IMG/VR virus record: IMGVR_UViG_3300003322_000571
Span: 62,001 to 126,000 of that record
Reading direction: 5' to 3' (one strand)
Length of the DNA: 64,000 nucleotides
Shown piece by piece: positions 57,132 through 64,000 of this stretch; within the stretch, counting starts at the first letter, position 1; each line of letters begins with the position of its first letter. The translations under genes were made by a program, and so were the position numbers. The notes under the pieces are model-generated. The model saw only the letters and a list, made by a program, of their open reading frames with translations. It did not search any database and was not told the DNA's origin.

Positions 57132-59333
57132 CTCTGCAGTATAAGAAAATGTCAGAGGATTTTGCGATCCTCAATGGCCGTTACCAAGACCTAGCGTACG
57201 AATTCAGTATCATCGACTCAAAACACAACAAGTTGTGCAGTGAACTTGGTAGAGTCATTCGCCCTTTGCTGAGCATTTTGTTCCCTGATGACGACAGTAA
57301 AATTCTGACGTACGGTAACTTCAAGTGCCTCAGGCAAGAGGCGGATGCTGACGTAGTGTACTTCTTCCTTGGCGACACTCACCGTTCGTATACAATCTCG
57401 CATGAGATCCTGTTTGCGGATGACCCTGTCGCGCAAGCAACAGCGTATATGGAACAGAGAGAAAGAGACAAGATCGATACCGAGATTGAATATCTCGAAC
57501 AGACGATCAAGTACCATCAACGTGAGCTGGAAGACCTAAAGCGAGTGAGAGAAACCAACAATGGAAGCTAAGGAAAGCCACATTAATCCCTCAACGGGAC
57601 TAAAGCGTCATGCTCAGATGTTAGCGGATGCTTACAAACTTGACGGAGCTATCATTATTTCGTGTTCCGATGAACAAATGAGAATTGGGACACATGGTCT
57701 CGATCCTCAGATGATTCGCGACGCCCTTTGCTACGCCATCGCTCAGACTTACGAGCATGAGAACGCAACAGGCATTGATTACTACTAGCAAGATGTTGAT
57801 TGTCTGAAAGACAATCAACAGTGAGAAGAAAATGAATCCAGTTGAACTTAAGGACCTAGAGGTCGGCGACATCGTCTATGAGCGTGAGTATGGCTTTATG
57901 GATCAGTACCGAGTAGTCAGCGCTCCTCGACGTATTGTCGACAGTGAAGACTACGCTGACGGTTGGCTGGTTGAAGTTCAACCGCTTGACGACTCCAGCG
58001 GTCCGATCGAATTCTTCGTCTCTGATGAGTATGCACACCTCGGACCTGAACTGTACATTTGAAAGGCAATTATGTCGGAAACACTCGATCGATATCTGGA
58101 ACTGAAGCACCAGATTCAAACGGAAGAAATTCCCAAGTTGACGGACGAAACAATCCCTCTCGAGAAACGGTGGGAACTGTACGAGAAGCTGGCAACTGCT
58201 GGCGTTCTCGGTAAGAACAGTTGCGGTGATGGCTATCTTGATGTTCTCGATCCGACCGATAGCTTGTCGTTGTATGACGACTTCAATGTTGATCGTCACC
58301 AGACGGTTACGTATCTCAAGTTGTACAAAAAGATTCTAGCAGCGAATGCTTCTGCCGCGAAGTACGAAGAGCCGCTTCCTTACACACAGGAAGCGATCGA
58401 CGACTGGCGTGAAGAAGTACTTTTTGGCGGCGACAGCGAAATGGTGTACGACTGGTGAGAATTACTTTTGTCAATCAGATGATCCAATACGCTGAAGCTC
58501 ACATTAAGTGGCTTGCAACGGTTGATCAGAAATATGTCGATCCATACGACGTGTATCCCGAGGACTTCCTCGATATCTACCGCACTGCGGAGAACCTGAT
58601 CGAGCTCGGGAACAACTATCTGCTTGCACTTGAAGCATTGCAGACAGGTGATCAAGAAAAGGCACAGCAAGCCCTCAGCAACGCTGGTCTAATTTGAACC
58701 TGTTGATTTAACTCAATTAAGGGTAGATGATTGATTTCATCTACCCTTTTTATTTGAACCAAAGATGAACAAACTACTCGCAGTCGCTTTGTTGGTCGTG
58801 ATGACCAACACGTTCGGTAAAGGGATACCTGTTCAAGTCGAACAAACGCCAATTATCACACCGGCAATTGCAACGGGTGTGATGCAAATTGATACGTATC
58901 GAACGTATCCTCATAAGAATGGGCTGCTGTTTTGTGGCTGGGCATTCAACTACGACCGCGATACAGCGCGGTGCTCCGATGCCCAAGGCTACAATGCATG
59001 GCAGTATCTGCCTCAAATCATTCCGCGTGGGAGTTCCTATGTCGGATTCAGCATCATTACACCGGGGACGATCGCCGTCTACTACAAATGAAAACCAAAC
59101 AAAATCAACGCTGGATCGCAATCAATGGCTCCGTGTTCGTTGAACAGGAAGTCGAAGTGAAGGCTGATCTCGGCAAGAAGTACAAGAAGCGTGAAGCGGT
59201 CGCGTTCAACGTTGGCCAAGACGTTGCTGAGCACATCGTCAAGCTTCACAACGCCGGACTGAGCGACAATTGGAAGTCCGAATTCAAGGATATCGACTTC
59301 AAGAAGAACGAACACGGCGTGTGGGAAGTGTAA
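57128..59333 (+). CDS. cluster of small hypothetical ORFs (57128-57571, 57561-57788, 57832-58062, 58072-58458, 58455-58697, 58765-59091 secreted, 59088-59333)
   Basis: Co-oriented, coupled ORFs. Confidence 0.62.
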
Positions 59334-59334
59334 C

Positions 59335-59625
59335 ATGAACGTCCTTCAATACCTGATCGGACTTCGTCCTGCTATTCCAACGTCTGCAGAACGTCCTCCT
59401 GAAGCAACCTCGAACAGTGAGCTTCGCCGGATGTTGCAGAACAAAGCGATCCAGATCAACGGTGAGACTGACTGGAAGTTCGACGAAGAGATCCCCTGCT
59501 TCGTGTGGGAAGTGATCTTCTTCCCTAAGTCAACGACATGGAAGAAGGGGAAGGAAGGTGAGCGTGATAAGCCTCCTCGCCGTACGACTCTCGTTCAATT
59601 CAATTTCAAGGAAATGAAACCATGA
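59335..59625 (+). CDS. S4-like RNA-binding domain protein
   Basis: SNSELRRMLQNKAIQING resembles the S4/TyrRS C-terminal motif S.SEARR.I..GAV.ING. Confidence 0.55.
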   Translation: MNVLQYLIGLRPAIPTSAERPPEATSNSELRRMLQNKAIQINGETDWKFDEEIPCFVWEVIFFPKSTTWKKGKEGERDKPPRRTTLVQFNFKEMKP

Positions 59626-60259
59626 CCTTTGCTGTCTCTGCATCGCAACTGAACGACGCTTTCGCTGCTGGTCAAAAGGTTCTACTTGACGGAACCGTTG
59701 ACAACATTCGCAACATTGTCAACGCTGCCTTGAAAAAGGCTGTTGCTGATTTGCCCGACGGTAATCGCTCGAACACGATGGGATATATCAGAATTCCTGT
59801 CGTCGCTGTCAAGTTCAAGGGAACTTACGCGGGAGACATGATCGATCGAGCACTGGCGATTGTGATCAATCAACTGAACGACAGCGGTTTTCGCGCTACG
59901 TTCGAAAGCGATCCGGATGAATGGGGCCGGTGGGACATTATGATTCATATGGGGTAATCATGAGCCGCATCAAACCTCTGTTCAAAGTGTATTGCGCAAC
60001 GGAAGAACTGGCAGAACAGTTCCAACGTGTTGCGTTCAACCACAATATCCGGTGGTTGTGCCAATCACATAACCAGCCTGCTGAGCCATGGTCGACGTTT
60101 CGTCTGTATCTAATCGTGACACGTGGATATGACGGACGTTTGTGGATCAGTTGGATGTCACCGGATCACTTCTTCAAGACAGAGACAGATATGTTGTATG
60201 TCACTGCTGAAGAGTTTATTCGTGACGCAGATGTGATGATGGAATTGTTCAACAAATAA
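59622..60259 (+). CDS. two hypothetical ORFs (59622-59957, 59960-60259)
   Basis: Coupled ORFs; terminator at 60258-60285. Confidence 0.62.
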
Positions 60260-60377
60260 AGGCTCCCTAGGGAGCCTTTTCTTTTGCATTTAACGCGTTT
60301 ACCTGCAAGCTAACACTGATATAGAACTTGCCTGATTGCTTCAATGATTGCTGAACGTTACTCAGCAATGGAAACAA

Positions 60378-62042
60378 TTAACTTAGGTCACGGAGCTTGG
60401 TTTCCAGCTCCTCAACTCGTTGACTGAGTTCTTGAACTGCTTTGATCAAGATAGGAACAAATACACTATATTTAACCGACTTAATTTCTTGTTCGCTGCC
60501 GGGATGAATAGCCGTTTCAATCATTCCAGGGAAGATTTGTTCGAGCTCCTGAGCAATCACGCCAAGTTGTTTCGTTTTCGTTTCGTCGTTCTTCAGTGTG
60601 TAGTTAACAACACGGACTTTGTTAACGTCTTCCAGTTTAGGCGTAGCGTCAACAATGTTCTCTTTCAGATTGACGTCAGAAATTGCACCGTACGAGTTAT
60701 TTACGTTGGTAATGTTACCGTTCGCTGCGATGAACACTGCATTCGTGGTAATCGAAGTGCCGTTCCCGTATTGGCCGATAAAGTGATACCAACCACCTGC
60801 AGTAGAAACTGATTGTGACACATATGCGGCTTGACTTGTCGCTGCTCCGCTTGGAAGAACTGCTTGAACACCAGAATCAAGGTTTGTCGTTCCAAGGGCA
60901 ACAACACCCACTGCTGCATTGCCGCTGAACGGTGGAACAGTTGCGTTGATCAGCAAATTTCCGCTCGTCAGGAGTCGTGCACGCTCTGCGTTATTAATGT
61001 ACCACGTCAGTGGAACATTTCCACGAGAACCAATTGCTGTTGAGGCAGATCCTTCACCAGGATTGACAAAAAAGTCAAACGAACCACCGACAACTGCAAA
61101 CTTACCAAACGAACTAGGTGTTGTTGTACCGATTCCTACATTTCCGCTGACATCAATACGCATCGATTCCGCGGGCGTAAATGTTGTTCCAATTGTACCG
61201 GCAACAGCATTCGACCAAAGATGAGAGCCACCTGATTGAGTGTAAATCGATGAACCGTTGTTGCCTGAACGAACCCAGTTTGTGCCGTTATAAAACGCAC
61301 CTTGTGTAATACGCGAACCACCGTTATCACCTTGGAATGATGCAGATCCACCGGACGTAGACGTACCAATTGTAATAGCTTGTCCAAGACCCCATGCTGG
61401 CGCTGAAGCACCAATTCCGATATTACCACTGGTATCAGCAAGAATACGAGCGACACCACTTGTTGCTAGAATCAACGGATGCGCCGTCTGCGTTCCCACC
61501 CACATTGAATTTGGGCGCGAAGGGTGATTAGCACCGTATGCTGTAGTGCGACCAAGTACTGTCGGAGAAACGACTTGCTGATCAGCATAATCGTTCGTTC
61601 CTGTACCACTAGTTTCGAGAATACTAACGGCAGTTGTCGTTGACAGCGTATGCAGTTTACTTGACGGAGTCGTTGTACCGATCCCTACATTCCCTGCTGA
61701 GTCGATAGTCATCTGCGCTGTCCACGCAGACACCGTCGCATTTGCTCCGCTCGTGTTGTTAGCGGCTGTCAGGAACTGATGCGCTCCACCTCCTTGGAAG
61801 TATCGAGTAGCATTACCATTACCGCGATACTTCCAAATTGATCCGTCCCAGTAAGCATTACGGATCAATTCCGTGCCAATTTGACTGGAAATACCTGAGG
61901 AAGAGATCAACGACGATAGGTTACCAACACCAACGATAGCTTGGTCGCTACCTGCAGTCAGATTCCAAACGGCAGTAATTCGGTTAAGGCCAATATCAAA
62001 CGTGTTGTTCGCTGTGCCATGCTGTTTTGGATAGAATGCCAT
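60378..62042 (-). CDS. tail fibre with C-terminal S74 intramolecular chaperone
   Basis: GNVGIGT repeats; SDVNLKENI, GVIAQE, C-terminal coiled coil. Confidence 0.88.
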   Translation of the reverse strand: MAFYPKQHGTANNTFDIGLNRITAVWNLTAGSDQAIVGVGNLSSLISSSGISSQIGTELIRNAYWDGSIWKYRGNGNATRYFQGGGAHQFLTAANNTSGANATVSAWTAQMTIDSAGNVGIGTTTPSSKLHTLSTTTAVSILETSGTGTNDYADQQVVSPTVLGRTTAYGANHPSRPNSMWVGTQTAHPLILATSGVARILADTSGNIGIGASAPAWGLGQAITIGTSTSGGSASFQGDNGGSRITQGAFYNGTNWVRSGNNGSSIYTQSGGSHLWSNAVAGTIGTTFTPAESMRIDVSGNVGIGTTTPSSFGKFAVVGGSFDFFVNPGEGSASTAIGSRGNVPLTWYINNAERARLLTSGNLLINATVPPFSGNAAVGVVALGTTNLDSGVQAVLPSGAATSQAAYVSQSVSTAGGWYHFIGQYGNGTSITTNAVFIAANGNITNVNNSYGAISDVNLKENIVDATPKLEDVNKVRVVNYTLKNDETKTKQLGVIAQELEQIFPGMIETAIHPGSEQEIKSVKYSVFVPILIKAVQELSQRVEELETKLRDLS

Positions 62043-63481
62043 TATACACCTTTAGATTCTAGTTGTGCAACTCGTGCACGTAGGTCTTGCACTTCCTTAA
62101 CGAGAAGTGGTACGAGTTTGCTGAAATCGACACTCCACGGGTGTGTCTTCTCGTTGTCGCCACCAACCGTGACAGCTGCAGGAACCACGTCATACAGTTC
62201 TTGTGCAATAAATCCGGTTACCACGCGACCGATGTCTTCCTTGAATTCGAAGTCGCGAACGCGCATGTTATCGAACTTGTCACCTTGACTAGGTGTATCG
62301 ACAATGTTTGTCTTCAAACGTTCATCAGACGACGTATTGAATGCTACCGTTGTAGTAGAGTTCTGGTAGATGCCTCCGTTTTGTGTGCCGGAAGTGTTAT
62401 AGCAAGCGAAGTGCCATCCTGTGCCTCCTACAGCTGAAGGATTTAGCTGGGACTGTACACCGTAGCCGAGGCCATCACCAAAGTTATCAATAAACAACGC
62501 ACAATCAGCAGCCCCTGTCGAAGCAGACACGCTGAGTTTTGCATTTCCTGTACCGATGCTGGACGAACCCAATCGATTGACGATGAGATTGCCGGTATTG
62601 GTCAATCGCATCCAGGCTGTTGCGGTCGAACCGGTATTGTTTGAACCACCTGCTCCATACCAGGCATGCGAACCATCACTAAAGACGTCATAGCTACCTG
62701 TATTGGTCAGTGTAGATGATGGCACACGAACTGAAGTAGCATCCAACGTACCAGTAAAGTAATGGCCGATAAGGTTCCTCTGTGTCCATGTAGGTGCTCC
62801 ATTGGTGGAGTCAATCGTGATCGCTAGGTTGGTCCGATCTCCTTGACGGAAAGAACGAATCGACCCGTTAACGACAAGTGCAGCACCAGAAGCAGCAGCA
62901 GAGCCGATCACGACTTCGCCAACTGGCGTAACACGCATACGTTCCGTATTAGCCGTCGCAACCACCAAAGCTTGCGTGGAACCGTTCGCGTTAATCCAGC
63001 AAGTATTACTGCGGCTAAGGTGTGTAGAACCATACGAAGAGAGACGAAGCAGATTATCATTACCTGTAATTCGTGCTTCACAAAAGTCAACGTTGCTTGT
63101 CGACGTTGATGTGAAATTGACCGTTGTCGTGACAGCCGAAGAAACATCTAGTTTTCCGCTTGGTGAAGCTGTACCAATACCAACATTACCGCCGGACAAC
63201 ACAAATTGATTAGTACCAGCGACAAGTCCGTTCGTAGGCAAAATCAATGTACCTGTCATCGTGTCGCCGGCCTTCAGCACATAGTTTGAACCGACGGGAA
63301 CATCAACCCACGTCAAGTTACCTGCACCGTCTGTAACAAGTGCTTGGCCTGATGAACCGTTACTATTGGGGAATTTAAGCGTACGTGTCGTCGTTAGATT
63401 GCTAGAATCAAGACGCAGTTTGTTGAGACCGACATCAAACGTGTTGTTTGCTGTGCCGGCTTGTTTTGGATAGAAAGCCAT
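62042..63481 (-). CDS. tail fibre with C-terminal S74 intramolecular chaperone
   Basis: L.TDG.GNL.W, GDTMTG, GNVGIGT; SDERLKTNI, GFIAQE. Confidence 0.88.
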   Translation of the reverse strand: MAFYPKQAGTANNTFDVGLNKLRLDSSNLTTTRTLKFPNSNGSSGQALVTDGAGNLTWVDVPVGSNYVLKAGDTMTGTLILPTNGLVAGTNQFVLSGGNVGIGTASPSGKLDVSSAVTTTVNFTSTSTSNVDFCEARITGNDNLLRLSSYGSTHLSRSNTCWINANGSTQALVVATANTERMRVTPVGEVVIGSAAASGAALVVNGSIRSFRQGDRTNLAITIDSTNGAPTWTQRNLIGHYFTGTLDATSVRVPSSTLTNTGSYDVFSDGSHAWYGAGGSNNTGSTATAWMRLTNTGNLIVNRLGSSSIGTGNAKLSVSASTGAADCALFIDNFGDGLGYGVQSQLNPSAVGGTGWHFACYNTSGTQNGGIYQNSTTTVAFNTSSDERLKTNIVDTPSQGDKFDNMRVRDFEFKEDIGRVVTGFIAQELYDVVPAAVTVGGDNEKTHPWSVDFSKLVPLLVKEVQDLRARVAQLESKGV

Positions 63482-63614
63482 AAGTGCATCCTTTGAAGGA
63501 AAACTCTCTTCCTTGGCTGGTGAGAGAGCAGCGTGATCATTTATTTATCACCCTGGAGTTGCCAAAGTTGTGCACTTGTTCTACGATCTAACAAACTCTT
63601 CTAAGAAGAACAAA

Positions 63615-64000
63615 ATGAGCAAAACGAAAAACATTCCAAACCTCGTCCACTACGACGAGAACACCAAAGGACGAGACTTTGTGGTCGGTGATCTACACGG
63701 ATGTGTTGAAGACCTACTGAAGGTTTTGTTGCTACTGAACTTCGATAGTTCGGTCGATCGCGTATTTTCTGTCGGTGACCTCGTTGACCGAGGCCCCAAC
63801 AGCATGAAGACAGCTGATCTTGTCTACGAAGATTGGTTCTTCGCCGTCAAAGGTAACCACGAAGAGCTGATGTACGAATCGATCCTTCGTGACAGTTATC
63901 AACACGTTGGCACGTGGGCGGCGAACGGTGGATTGTGGTCATACAACGAAGACAAGGCAGCACTCAAATCGATCTCGAAGAAGCTCGAGCAACTGCCGTA
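63615..64000 (+). CDS. calcineurin-like Ser/Thr protein phosphatase (NinI/PphA-like), truncated by window edge
   Basis: Manual translation gives GDLHG, GDLVDRG, GNHE. Confidence 0.9.
   Translation, partial: MSKTKNIPNLVHYDENTKGRDFVVGDLHGCVEDLLKVLLLLNFDSSVDRVFSVGDLVDRGPNSMKTADLVYEDWFFAVKGNHEELMYESILRDSYQHVGTWAANGGLWSYNEDKAALKSISKKLEQLP

Noticed and set aside
1-64000. CRISPR array, integrase/transposase, retron or DGR reverse transcriptase, stop-codon recoding
   Set aside because: No regularly spaced repeats or RT/recombinase motifs were seen, and recognisable genes are full length in the standard code.

Overview
This window is a gene-dense segment of a large T4-related (jumbo) myophage genome with a Gram-negative host (two-component spanin). 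It is read in the standard genetic code and is almost entirely + strand. From left to right: (i) an RNA cluster flanked by a Seg-type GIY-YIG endonuclease: a long-variable-arm tRNA with a UAU anticodon, a ~70-nt Y-RNA-like hairpin and a tRNA-like remnant; (ii) a Ro60/TROVE gene, a ~275-nt structured intergenic RNA candidate, a CYTH protein and a DRB0094-type RNA ligase, interleaved with three head-protein derivatives (a gp21-like protease lacking its catalytic triad, a divergent gp23 paralog and a 59-aa gp23 fragment); (iii) a Ter-type stress cluster (TelA, vWA, DUF475/TerC-like, HAD, PRTase, TerD); (iv) spanins and isolated late genes behind ATAAATA promoters, several with capsid-targeting-like N-termini and hairpins that occlude translation starts; (v) a dispersed 7-deazaguanine/nucleotide-pool region (TGT/DpdA-like, QueE, QueD, dUTPase/dCTP deaminase, MazG-like, Nudix, purine PRTase, DEDDh exonuclease) with homing endonucleases; (vi) rIIA/rIIB, an SF2 helicase, DUF932, LPP20-like lipoproteins, a CDF transporter, an RlmN/Cfr-like radical SAM enzyme and many small hypotheticals; (vii) two minus-strand S74-chaperone tail fibres and a truncated metallophosphatase. 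The best candidate for an undescribed system is the 0.3-8 kb Ro60 / Y-like RNA / ncRNA / RNA ligase locus with its embedded head-protein derivatives, possibly decoys. All family calls come from motif recognition and all RNA folds were done by eye; no searches were run.
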